From an uncultured bacterium (GTDB lineage Bacteria; Pseudomonadota; Gammaproteobacteria; Burkholderiales; Burkholderiaceae_C), in contig CAVPAZ010000024.1 of the NCBI GenBank assembly GCA_963701725.1, positions 47,580 through 111,579 on the forward strand: a stretch of DNA of 64,000 bases, read 5' to 3'. Positions 41,296-53,356 of the stretch are shown here, in pieces (the first letter of the stretch is position 1; every line of letters begins with the position of its first letter). Under the pieces are notes generated by a model that saw only the letters and a program-made list of their open reading frames with translations, was not told where the DNA came from and made no database searches. The translations under genes were made by a program, and so were the position numbers.

Positions 41296-41935
41296 GGGCG
41301 TCTATGAACGCCGCGACGAACCGGCGTCCCTCGACCACGCCATCCCGGCTGAAGAACCAGGGCGATGGCGCGGGGATACATCCGGTGCTCCTCGACGAGG
41401 ATGCGCGCCGCGAGCAGCGTCCTCGGTGTCGTCGTCGCGCACGGGCACGGCGGCCTGAGCCACGATGGGACCCGGCGTCGAGATCGGCGTTGACGAAATG
41501 GCACCGTGGCGCCGCTGACCTTGACGCCGTGCAGCAGGGCCTGCCGCTGCGCGTGCAGCCCGGGGAACGCGGGCAGCAGCGACGGGTGGATGTTGAGGAT
41601 GGCGTCTGGGGAACGCGTCGATGAAGGCTGCGCCGAGCAGCCGCATGAACCCCGCGAGGCAGACGAGGTCCACCGCGTGGGCCCGCAGGCGCGCCACGAG
41701 GGCGCGCGTCGAAGGCCGCGCGGGTGGGGAACTCGCGATGGTCGAGCGACGAGCGTCGGAACGCCGGCACGCCGTGCGCGCTCGAGGCCGCGGCGCGTCG
41801 GCGAGGTTGGAGATCACGAGCCGCGATGGTGGCGTCGAGTTCGCCCGCGGCGATGGCGTCGATGATCGCCTGCAGGTTGCTGCCCCGTCCGGAGATGAGG
41901 ACGCCGAGGCGCCGCGCGGTATCCCCGCGAGACAC
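41246..41935 (-). pseudogene. purN: Phosphoribosylglycinamide formyltransferase, with multiple frame breaks
   Basis: RLGVLISGRGSNLQAIIDAI (ORF 41246..41935), VDLVCLAGFMRLL and GPIVAQAAVPVRDDDTED (ORF 41302..41955), and ILVEEHRMYPRAIAL (ORF 41217..41504). The 3' end is approximate. Confidence 0.75.
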
Positions 41936-41944
41936 CGCGCCGAC

Positions 41945-42998
41945 TCAGACGACATAGCGCAGCCTCGCCATCGCCCGGCCGACGACCTCGCCGATCACGA
42001 GACCTCGCGTTCCCCGGCGGCCGCGCAGAGCCGCTCGCACGGGCCCGCGACATCGTCCGCGGCCACCGCGACGATCATGCCGATACCCATGTTGAAGGTG
42101 CGGCAGCATGTCGTCGCGGGGCACCTCCCCGCCGTCGTTGCAGGAACGCGAACAAGCGGCGGTGACGTCCACGAGGCGGTGTCGATGCACCGCCGACCTG
42201 CCGGCCGGCAGGATGCGCGGCAGGTTCTCCGTGATGCCGCCGCCCGTGATGTGCGCGAGTCCCTTGACGAGCGGTACCCCGCCTCGCATCGACGAGGCGG
42301 CCAGAGCACGGGCAGGTAGGAGCGGTGCGTCGCGAGCAGGGCCTCGCCGACGGTGCCCCCAGCGCGGGCACGTCGGTGTCGAGCTGCCACCGAGCTTGCT
42401 CGAAGACGAATGCGGCGGGCGAGCGAGTAGCCGTTGGTGTGCAGCCCCGAGGACGGCAGCCCGATCAGCACGTCGCCCGGCGCATGGCCGCGCCCGTCGA
42501 TCACGCGCGCCCGCGTCCACGCTGCCCGACGATGAACCCGGCGAGGTCGTACTCGCCGTCGGCATAGAAGCCTGGCATCTCGGCCGTCTCGCCGCCGAGC
42601 AGCGCGCACCCGTTCGCGCGGCACGCCCCGGGCGATGCCCTCGACGACCGCGACGGCGACGTCGGGCGACAGCCGGCCCGTGGCGAGGTAGTCGAGGAAG
42701 AACAGCGGGCGGGCGCCCTGCACGAGGATGTCGTTGACGCAGTGGTTGACGAGGTCCTCGCCGACCGTGTCGTGCCGGTTGGCGAGGAACGCGACCTTCA
42801 GCTTGGTGCCGACGCCGTCGGCGCTGGCGACCAGCACGGGCCCGTCCGCGGCGTGAGGGCTCGAGCGCGAACAGCCCGCCGAAGGCTGCCGAGCTCCGAG
42901 AGCACGCCCGGCGTGAACGTGCCTCGCGCGAGCCCCTTGATGCGGCGGACCACCTCGTGGCCCGCGTCGATGTCCACGCCGCTCGAACTGTAGTCCAT
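41945..42998 (-). pseudogene. purM: Phosphoribosylformylglycinamidine cyclo-ligase (AIR synthetase), with multiple frame breaks
   Basis: [21 protein letters not shown] (ORF 42798..42998). [52 protein letters not shown] and [11 protein letters not shown] are in ORF 41995..43830. Confidence 0.8.
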
Positions 42999-43028
42999 GC
43001 CTCAGGCTCGGCTGCCACGCTGCGCCGC

Positions 43029-44566
43029 TCAGGCAGGTGCCTTCGGCTCGCATCGGGCGCCCCGAGCCGACCGCGGGCGCCGTCGGGCTACGGTGCCGAG
43101 CCGCGTCCGGCACTGCGTCGGCTGCGCCCGTCGCTGCCTGGCCGTTCGGTTGCTGGAGCTTGAGCGCGAGCTGCAGGTACTCTCGCGATCGCGCGGGAAG
43201 GCGACGGGATAGTGTGCCGGTGTAGCACGACGTGCAGTAGGCACTGCCGCGAGGTCGCCGACGCCCGCCAGCAGGCCCTCGAGGCTCAGGTACGCGAGGG
43301 TGTCGGCGCCGAGGTACCTGCGCACCTCGTCGAGCGAGTGGGTCGCGGCGATCAGTTCGCGTGCGGCTGCGGCGTGTCGACGCCGTAGAAGCACGGGGAG
43401 ATGGTCGGCGGGCAACTGATGCGCACGTGGACTTCGCGCGCGCCGGCGGCGCGCACCATCTTGACGATCTTGCGGCTCGTCGTGCCGCGGACGATCGAGT
43501 CGTCGATGAGCACGACCCGCTGGCCCTCCAGGATGCTCGCGGACGGGGTTGAGCTTCACCCGGACGCCGAAGTGGCGGATCGACTGCTGCGGCTCGATGA
43601 ACGTGCGCCCGACGTAGTGGTTGCGGATGAGCCCCATGCGGAAGGGCATGCCGGCCTCCTCGGCGTAGCCCGAGCGCCGCGCACACGCCGGAGTCGGGCA
43701 CGGGCACGACGACGTCGGCGGCCACGCCGATCTCGCGCGCGAGCTGCCGGCCGAAGGCCGTCCGGGCCTCGTTGACGCTGCGTCCGAACACGAGGCTGTC
43801 GGGCCGCGAGAAGTACACGTGCTCGAACACGCAGTGCGCCAGCGGCTGCGGCGCGAACGGCGTGATAGCTGCGCAGCCCGTGCTCGGAGATCACGAGGAT
43901 CTCGCCCGGCTCGACGTCGCGCTCGTACGTGCGCGCCGATGAGGTCCATGGCGCACGTCTCCGAGCAGACGATGTAGCGCGTCGCCGAGGCGGCCCGAGC
44001 GCGAGCGGGCGGAACCCGTGCGGGTCGCGCGCCGCGATCAGGCGGTCGCGCGTCAGCAGCAGGAGCGAGTAGGCGCCGGTCACCTGCGCCAGCGACTCGA
44101 CGACCGCCTGCTCGGCCGGTCGGGCCTGCGACCGGGCGTACAGGTGCAGCACCACCTCGGTGTCGCTCGTGGTCTGGAAGATGGAGCCCTGCGCGCACGA
44201 GGTCGTGGCGCAGCTCGCCCGCGTTGACGAGGTTGCCGTTGTGGCAGACGGCGATCTGCCCGTGCGCGCAGTCGATGAGCAAGCGGCTGCGCGTTCTGCA
44301 GCTCGCTGTCGCCGGCGGTGGAGTAGCGCACGTGGCCGATGGCCGCGTGGCCCGGCAGCGCGGCCGAGCGTCGTCTCGTCGAAGACGTCGGCGACGTAGC
44401 CCATCGCGCGATGCACGCGGAGCCGCGCGCCGTCCGCGGTGGCGATGCCGGCGCTCTCCTGCCCGCGGTGCTGCAGCGCGTAGAGCCCGAGGTAGGCGAG
44501 GTTGGCCGCCTCGGGGTGCCCGAAGATGCCGAAGACGCCGCACTCCTCTTGTAACTTGTCGAACAT
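43029..44566 (-). pseudogene. purF: Amidophosphoribosyltransferase, with many frame breaks and an uncertain 3' end
   Basis: MFDKLQEECGVFGIFGH...ALQHRGQESAGIA and IFQTTSDTEVVLHL are in ORF 43556..44674. Later parts are in ORFs 43029..44807 and 41995..43830. Confidence 0.75.
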
Positions 44567-44861
44567 TGATGCTCCCCGGGTCCCGTGCCGCCGCGCGTCG
44601 CCTTCCGCATGAAGAAGATCGCCAGATCGCGATGTCGACGACGCCCGACGCGCGACGAGGGCGCCGGCGAGCATGGTGCCTGCGCGCGTCTCGTCGGCAG
44701 AGAGCGTCCCTGCTCCCGATCAGAGGCCGACGAACAGGAACATCGTGGCCGCCGAGATCATCAGCGACCGGCCGATGACCGCGAAGTTGCTCTGCGGGCG
44801 GCGGCATGCGTGCTCTCCGAGTTCGTTCGAACCGCGACGGCCTCGTGCGGGCGTCGGGCCG

Positions 44862-46195
44862 CTACCCGGCGACGACCGCGCTCCGCGCTGCGCCTGGAAC
44901 ACGCGGTCGAAGATGGCGTCGACGTGGCGGAGCTGTACGTGGAGGTCGAAGCAGCGCCCGATCTCCGCCGGCGACAGCACCGCCGTGACGTCCGGGTCCT
45001 GCAGCAGCAGCGTCCTGGAAGTCCACGCCGCTTGGTGGGACGCGCATGGCGTTGCGCTGCACCCACGCGTAGGCCTGCTCTCGCGAGACCCCGCGCCGCG
45101 CCAGCTCGAGCAGCACGGTCCCCGAGAACACCACGCCGCGCGACCGATCGAGGTTCTCCCGCATCCGCTCGGGGTGGACCACCATGCCCTCGACGATGCG
45201 CGTGAAACGCCGCAGCATGTGATCCAGCGCGAGGAAGCTGTCGGGCAGGATCACCCGCTCGACCGACGAGTGCGAGATGTCGCGCTCGTGCCACAGCGCG
45301 ACATTCTCGATCGCGGCCATGGCGTTGGCCGCGGACGAGCCGCGCCAGCCCGCACACCTGCTCGCAACCGATCGGGGTTGCGCTTGTGCGGCATCGCCGA
45401 GGAGCCCTTCTGGCCCTTGCCGAACGGCTCCTCGACCTCGCCGATCTCGGTCTTCTGCAGGCCCCGGACCTCGAGCGCGAACTTCTCGAGCGAGGCGGCC
45501 ATGATGGCGAGCGCGCACATGCAGCTCGGCGTGGCGGTCGCGCTGGATGACCTGCGACGACACCGGGGCCGGCGCCAGGCCCAGCGCTCGCAGACCGCGC
45601 GCCTCGATGGCCGGGTCGAGGTGGGCGAAGGTGCCGACGGCGCCCGAGAACTTGCCCACGCGCACGGCGCTCGCGCGCGCGCGCCGGACGCGCTCGACGG
45701 CGCGGCCGACCTCGGCGTACCACAGCGCGAGCTTCAGCCCGAAGGTCATCGGCTCGGCGTGCACGCCGTGCGTGCGGCCGATCATCGGCGTGCGCCGGTG
45801 CTCGATCGCGCGGCGCCTCGATGGCCTGGCGCCAGCGCCGCGAGCTGTCTCGAGCACCAGGTCGCACGCCTCGACCATCTGCAGCGCGAGCGCCGTGTCG
45901 ACGACGTCCGAGGAGGTGAGCCCGAAGTGCAGCCACCGCGCCGACGGGCCCGACGTGCTCGGCGACGGCGGTCGTGAACGCGATCAGATCGTGCTGGGTG
46001 GTCTGCTCGATCTCGTCGATGCGGGCGATGTCGAAGCCGCCGTTCTCGCGGATGTCGCGGGCCGCGGCCGGCGGGAACGATGCCCGCCTCGGCCATGGCC
46101 TCGGCCGCGGCCACCTCGACGCGCAACCAGGCCTCGAACCTGCGCTCCTCGCTCCAGATGCGCCCCATCTCGGGCTGCGTGTAGCGGCGAATCAT
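44862..46195 (-). pseudogene. purB: Adenylosuccinate lyase, with many frame breaks and an approximate 3' end
   Basis: [27 protein letters not shown] (ORF 45782..46246), [16 protein letters not shown] and [15 protein letters not shown] (ORF 44862..45878), and LRHVDAIFDRVF (ORF 44720..44980). Confidence 0.75.
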
Positions 46196-46206
46196 GCGGT
46201 GCGCCT

Positions 46207-47528
46207 TCAACGCTGGCGCCTGGTCCCGTGGACCCGCCGCCGGCACGTCGGCGTGCGGCCGATCCGCAGGCGCAGCGGCTGAGCGTCGATCCCGCCGTCG
46301 GCCCCGCCGCCGAGCACCGTCGCCGCCAGCGCGCCGTCGCGAACAGATCGCGCGCCACGCGCAGCACGTCGTCGGCGGTGACCGCCTCGATGCTGGCCAG
46401 CGTCTCGTCGAGCGTGTAGTAGCGGTCGAAGTAGAGGTCCTGCCGCGCCAGGTGGGTCATGCGGCTCGAGGTGCTCTCGAGGCTCAGCATGAGGTTGCCC
46501 TTGAGGTGGTCCTTCGCGCGCCGCAGCTCCGCGTCCGGCACCGGCGCGGCCGTGAGGCCACGCAACTCGGCGACGGCGAGGTCGAGACCTCGGCGACGTT
46601 CTCGTTCGCGCACCCGGCGTAGATGCTGAGCATGCCGGCGTCGCGGTACATGCTGCAGGCCGCTGAAGACGGAGTAGGCCAGGCCACGCTTCTCGCGGAT
46701 GTTCTGGAACAGCCGTGAGCTCATCGAGCCGCCGAGGATGCGTGTTGAGCACGTAGGCGGTGAAGCGGTCCGCGATGGTTCTGCGGGTACGACCGGCGTG
46801 CCCAGGCAGAGTGGCTCTGCTCGAGGTCCTTGGTCGCGCGTCAGCAGCGCCCGGCAGTGGCCGTCGGCGGCGTCTCGTCGTAGGCCGCGCCGGCTCGGGC
46901 ACGCCGCGAAGGCCGCCGCGACCAGGTCGCGCAACCGAGCGTGCTCGAGGTTGCCCGCGGCGGCGACGACGAAGTTCGGCGCGACGTAGGCGCCGCGCGA
47001 AGTAGTCGCGCAGCGCCGGCTGCGTGAAGGCCTCGACGGTCTCGCGCGTCCCGAGGATCGGACGGCCCAGCGGGTGACCCTCCCAGAAGTTCTGCGTGAA
47101 CAGCTCGTGCACGAGGTCGTCGGGCGTGTCCTCGACCATCTTGATCTCTTCGAGGATCACCTTCTTCTCGCGCTCGATGTCGTCCGTCCAGCGAACGCGG
47201 GCCGGCGGACGAGGTCGGCCAGCAGGTCGACCGCGAGCGGCAGGTGCTCGTCGAGCACCTTGATGTAGTAGCCGGCGTACTCCTTCGACGTGAACGCGTC
47301 GAGCTGCCCGCCGATGGAGTCGACGGCCTGCGCGATCTCCTCGGCCGACCGGGTGGTCGTGCCCTTGAAGAGCATGTGCTCGACGAAGTGCGCGATGCCG
47401 CCCTGCGCCGTCGGGCTCGTGGCGGGAACCGCGGGTGCAGCCACACGCCGATGCGACACCGAGCGGACGTGCGCCATGGTCTCGGTCGCGAGACGGAGGC
47501 CGTTGTCGAGGGTTTCGCGGGTGATCAT
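46207..47528 (-). pseudogene. M16-family zinc peptidase (insulinase-like), with multiple frame breaks
   Basis: GIAHFVEHMLFKGT (HxxEH) is in ORF 47157..47573, and ILEEIKMVEDTPDDLVHELF is in ORF 46207..47160. The remainder is spread over ORFs 46841..47446 and 45984..46934. Confidence 0.75.
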
Positions 47529-47685
47529 TCGATGGCAGGAAGCCCGGACGCCGGCGGGACGCTGGTCGCGCATGAACGGCCGCGGTCCGCTTCGCCCGGA
47601 AAACCCGATGATAGCACGCGCGCCGCGGTGCCCCGGGCCCTGGGCACGCGGGGCTCGCGTGCTAGAGTGGACTCCACGGAACTCG

Positions 47686-48836
<1,151 letters not shown>

Positions 48837-48968
48837 TCCGCGCGGGGCATCCCGCCGCTCCAGTCCGGCACGAACCTCGCGGCCGGGGACGACCCTCGCG
48901 GCGCCCGGCCCGGGCTCGGGTCGGGACGCATCCGGTCACGTGGGCGAGTCCCGGCGCGCCGCCGGTCG

Positions 48969-51900
48969 TCACCGCATGCGCGTGCCGAGTGCGTTTGTCC
49001 CGGCGGCCCAATCGACGCCGCCCGCATTCGAGTACATCGCCCGCTCAACGACAATCTGCGGGCGGCAGCACCAGCCGCGGCCGGCAGGCTCTCCACGATG
49101 GCGCCGAAGCGGCGGCTCGGCGCGCCGGTGAACTCCGCGTTCACCCACACGTTGGTGCGGCAGTTGGCCGGCAGGGACAGGCCTCTCGCCGCCGGCGTCC
49201 CGTCCTCGAAGCTAGAGCGTGACCTTCGCGGTCCCGCGTAGGCCGACGTGTTGGCGATCAGGACGAAGGTCTGGCGGCGGCGCGCCCGCGGCCTCGCCCT
49301 CGGCGAGCGCCCACGCTTCGCCGCTCGTCGGTGACGCCAGGCGAGTTATGCGCCTCGTGCCATGCCCAGTGCCGGGCCACCACATGGCGCGCTCGACGAT
49401 GATGGGGACGTCGTTCAGCGAGCGTCACGCGCGTGGACACGGCGGTGTCGGCGAGCTTGCCGGTCCTCGGTGTCGACCCAGATGTTGAAGCGGCTGTTGG
49501 CGGCGACAGCGTAGGTCTTCGGAGTCACGCGTGCCGTCGGGCAGCAGGTAGTCCGACCTCGATCAGCGCGTCGATGTCGGTCGGGTTGGCCACGAGGATG
49601 AAGAGGTCGAAGTACGCCGCCCGTCGCGCCCTCCGCCAGGAACCACTGCGTCGACTGGCGCGGTGACGCCCGCGCTCTCGTGACCGGCGTTGAACAGGCG
49701 CGCCTGCGCTCGTCAGGTACATCGCTCGCTCGACGATGATCGGCGAGCCGTCGTCGGACGTGATCACCGCGGACACGTCGGTGGCGGCCAGTCGCGGCGC
49801 CTCGTCGTCCACCCAGATGTTGAAGCGCCGCACGGTCGACGTGGTAGGTCTTGACGATCGGCGCCGCCGGGGCTGGAAGCAGGTACTTGACCTCGACGTG
49901 ACCGACGACGGTTCGGGGTTCTGGATCAGGTAGAACAGGTCGAACCCGGAGTGCGTGGCCCCCTCGGCCAGGTACCAGACAGGCGCCGGCGCAAGGACCC
50001 CGCGCTCGGTGTGTGCGCCGTATCCCGCGTCCGGCCCGCCGTGGCTCCATCGCATCGTGCGGTCCACCACAAGCGTCTCGTCCGCGTCGATCGTGGTCGC
50101 GAACTCGGCGGCCGTCATGCCCGGCACGGTGCGTGCGTCCACGGTCGCACGGCTGTGGGCGCCAATCGGCACGGGCCAATTCACGGTTGTGCCGTCACTG
50201 CGCTGGAAATGCAATGTGGCGGCGGCGGCGCGGTCGGTCGGATTCAGGAGCGCGATCCGCGTGTCGAACAGGTCACTGGTCGCCCCCTCGGCGAAATAGC
50301 GCTTCACGTATTCGTAGGTGAACGCCTGGGCGATGGTCTGCGGCGCCTGTCCGGGATTGGTGACGGTCACGTCCTGCACGCCTGCCGTTCCCCGCGGCAG
50401 GGCCAACTTCGCCGTGGTGCCGTTCAACCACGTGACGTCGGTGGCCGTCACTCCGCCTATGGTGACGGACGCGCCCGGGCTGATGTCGACCCCGGTCACG
50501 ATGGCCTCGTCGCCGCCCATGACGAGCGACGTCGCAGGGTAGACGCCGGCCTTGAAGAGCGCGTGAGCGGTGCCTGTGACGCTGGCGCCGGTCGAGAGCC
50601 TCATGAGGGGCGGGGCGGTCGCCCCGGCGGGCACCTGCAGCGTCGCCGTGTCCCCGGCGGACAGTTGCGTGGTGTACTCCCAGATCCTGCCGGTGTCCGG
50701 CGGCTGAATCGTCGCGGTGAACGGCCCGCTGGTGTACGCCTCGACGGTGATCGTGAACGGGCCGTCCAGGGTGAGGAACGACCACTGCGCGGTACCATCC
50801 GACTCGCGAAGCACATCCGCGAGGATCGCGCCGGGAGCCTCCGCCGCCAAGTGCGCCACACCGCCGTTGGCAACGTAGCCCGTCCGCCGGCCCTGGCTGT
50901 CGGTCACCGTCACGTACACGGGACACTTGAAGATCATCCGGTAGCCATCGACGAGCATCTGGATCCAGTTCGTCCGCTGCTCGTCCGTGAACGGCTCGGG
51001 CACGGTCTCATCGGAGCGGTAGTAGTTCCAGTGGTTCGCGGGATAGAAGTGGCTCGGGGTCGCGGTTCCGCCGAACTGCCCGTCGATGTACTCCTTGGTC
51101 TGGACGCGCACGACCGCTGGCTGCGTCGGCACGCCGACCCGCAGCGACGGATCGGCGAGTTGCGACATCCACTCGGGCCACGTGTAGAAGGTCGCCCGCT
51201 GCTCGATCCAGGGGTCGAGCACGCGCGCGAACTCCGCTTTCGCTCCCCACTCGGCTTCCGTCCTGCCCAGGTCGATACGGGGATAGAGAACCGCAGCCAG
51301 GTGGAACGTTCCTTCGACGAACAGCGGGCCCCAGTCGAGGCCGTTCAGCAGCCAGCGGACATCCGTGCTGCCGATCAGTTGACCCCACTGCAGGCCGTGC
51401 ATGAACGCCAGGACCTCTCGCTGGTAGTAGGGCGCGGTGTGACGGATGCACTGATTGACCCGGTCCTGCCCGAGCAGGGGCTTGAAGGCCCCCCCGGCCA
51501 GCATGTCGTTCCTGATGCCCGGGCGAAGGAGCATCAGCTTCTGATAGTCAGCGGGCACGTGCCACGCCTGGAGGTCGTTGTCGAGTTCGGCGGACATGAC
51601 CGGGCCGCTCTGAACGCCGGCGGTGCTCGGTACCGGGTCAGCAACTCCGCGAGGTTGTCCCGAACGTCGACCCGGAACGCGCCCGCCTTGACGGAGGTGT
51701 CGTCGGCGAGTTCCGCGGTGACGTCCATGTACGGAAGCGCCGCCGGGGCGCGCCAAGCGTCCTGGACCACGACATCGAAGCTCGCCTCCCCGTTTGCGTC
51801 CGTCGTCACCTCGGTGATTTGGGTCGAACTGCCCGACTGCTCGAACCGCACGTAGGACGACCCGGCCTGGAGGGCCTGCGACGAGCCGAGCAGGACGCGC

Positions 51901-53206
51901 TTGCCAGCCACGGAAACCCCGCCGAGCGAGAGCTTCGCCCGGACCCCGACCGACGTGGCGCCGAACCGCGTCGCGGCGGCCGGGCCTCCGTTGGACCCGC
52001 CGCCATAGACGTCCTGCTGGAACCCGCCGGGGGCGACGTTGGCGACGCGCTGGAACTTCGACTGGCCCAGCGTCAGCTCGAGCGTGTACCCGACGATCGT
52101 GACCGAAGCGGTCGCGGTCACCTTGGTCGCGCCGCTGCCGTAGCTGGCCGTCACCGTCACCGTGTCTCCGACCGCGACGGGAGTGATGTCAGACGAAGGA
52201 ACGGGCTTGGCCGTCATCGGCAGCAGCTCCACCCGCGCATCGCCGCTGGCGCCAGTCGTGGCCGTCACGCCGGGCACTCCGATCCCGCTGGGATCGGGCG
52301 GGATGATCAGCCCCCCCTTGTCAGTGAAGAACTCGATCGTGGCACCGCTGACCGGCGCACCGTCTCCGTCGAGGAGATTCGCCGTCAGCAGGCTCGGCGT
52401 GTGGCCATCTGCGGGCAGCTGGGTCGGTAGGGCCGACACGGTGAGCTGCGGGCCCTTCATCGGCACGCTGGTCGAGGCCGATCCGGACGCCGAGGACGCA
52501 GTGACGCTCGCAACGCCAGATGTCGTCGCGGCGACGAGCGTCGCGGTGAGTGCACCTGAGGAGTCCGTCGTGCCGACGACTGTACGTGCCCTCCTGTTGC
52601 CCGAGCCGCATCCGTCCCAGCGTGGTTCCGATGCTGGCGCTGATCCCCGCGATCCCCTTGCAGTTCACGTCGACGAAGCGCACGGTGATGCTGGACGTCG
52701 ACGTGCCGTTGGCTGGCAGGGTCTTCGGCGACGCGGTCAGGGACGCAGTCGTCGCCCCGGTGCCCGGGGTGATCTCGATCCTCTTGTTCGTCCCGAACTC
52801 GAGGTTGCGCCTCGTGCCGTTCCAGCCGTAGCCCACCGACACCCCCGTGTTGGGCGTCCCCGCAGCCGCGGTGGCGGTCAGTTCCAGCGTCGCGGTGCCG
52901 CGCGGGCACCCGCTGCAGAACCACAACGCGCCGTTGTGCCACGTGTCGAGGTTCCACGAGCCGCCGCCCGACGTGCTCGTGTTCTCGGTCCAGCCGCGTT
53001 CGAGCCGGAAGCCCTGCCACCAGATCTCGTCCCATAGCGCGCCGCCAGAGCTGGGTGTCACCGTGACCTGGATGGTCGCGCAGCGCTGCACGGACCCGGG
53101 GCCCGAGATCGAGGTACTCGCTGGGATTGCTCTGGGCAGCCGACTGACCAGCCATCGACATCAAGCCGGCGATTACGACGGGCGCAGTGAACCGCGCAGC
53201 ACGCAT
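48969..53206 (-). pseudogene. Very large (~1,410-codon) secreted multidomain protein. It has a signal peptide, Big_1-type Ig domains, an unassigned ~240-aa central domain, an IPT/TIG-like domain and four 'AEG' repeats, with several frame breaks.
   Basis: Signal peptide MRAARFTAPVVIAGLMSMAGQSAAQ (ATG 53206). SLTASPKTLPANGTSTSSITVRFVD and VSALPTQLPADGHTPSLLTANLLDGDGAPVSGATIEFF are invasin/intimin-like Ig domains. Pieces lie in ORFs 52457..53290, 52321..53091, 51534..52466, 49525..51756, 49415..50179, 49258..49440 and 48494..49150. The reconstructed end is ...WAAGTNALGTRMR* (stop 48969-48971). Confidence 0.65.
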
Positions 53207-53356
53207 GATGTGCCTCCGTGACTTCTGGCGACACGGTGCGCTCGAGCGCGGGCGGGCACAAGGGACCGCCGGTAGTGTCACGGTGAACACTCCAGCAAAC
53301 CACTCAGAATCAGTGATTTCCAGGCGAGGCGGCGGTTAGCCTGTAACTGCCGTGGT

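Noticed and set aside
44720-44800. Tiny hydrophobic ORF (..FAVIGRSLMISAATMFLFVGL*) between purB and purF
   Set aside because: It is the read-through tail of the frameshifted purB frame, with no independent start or SD, so it cannot be supported.
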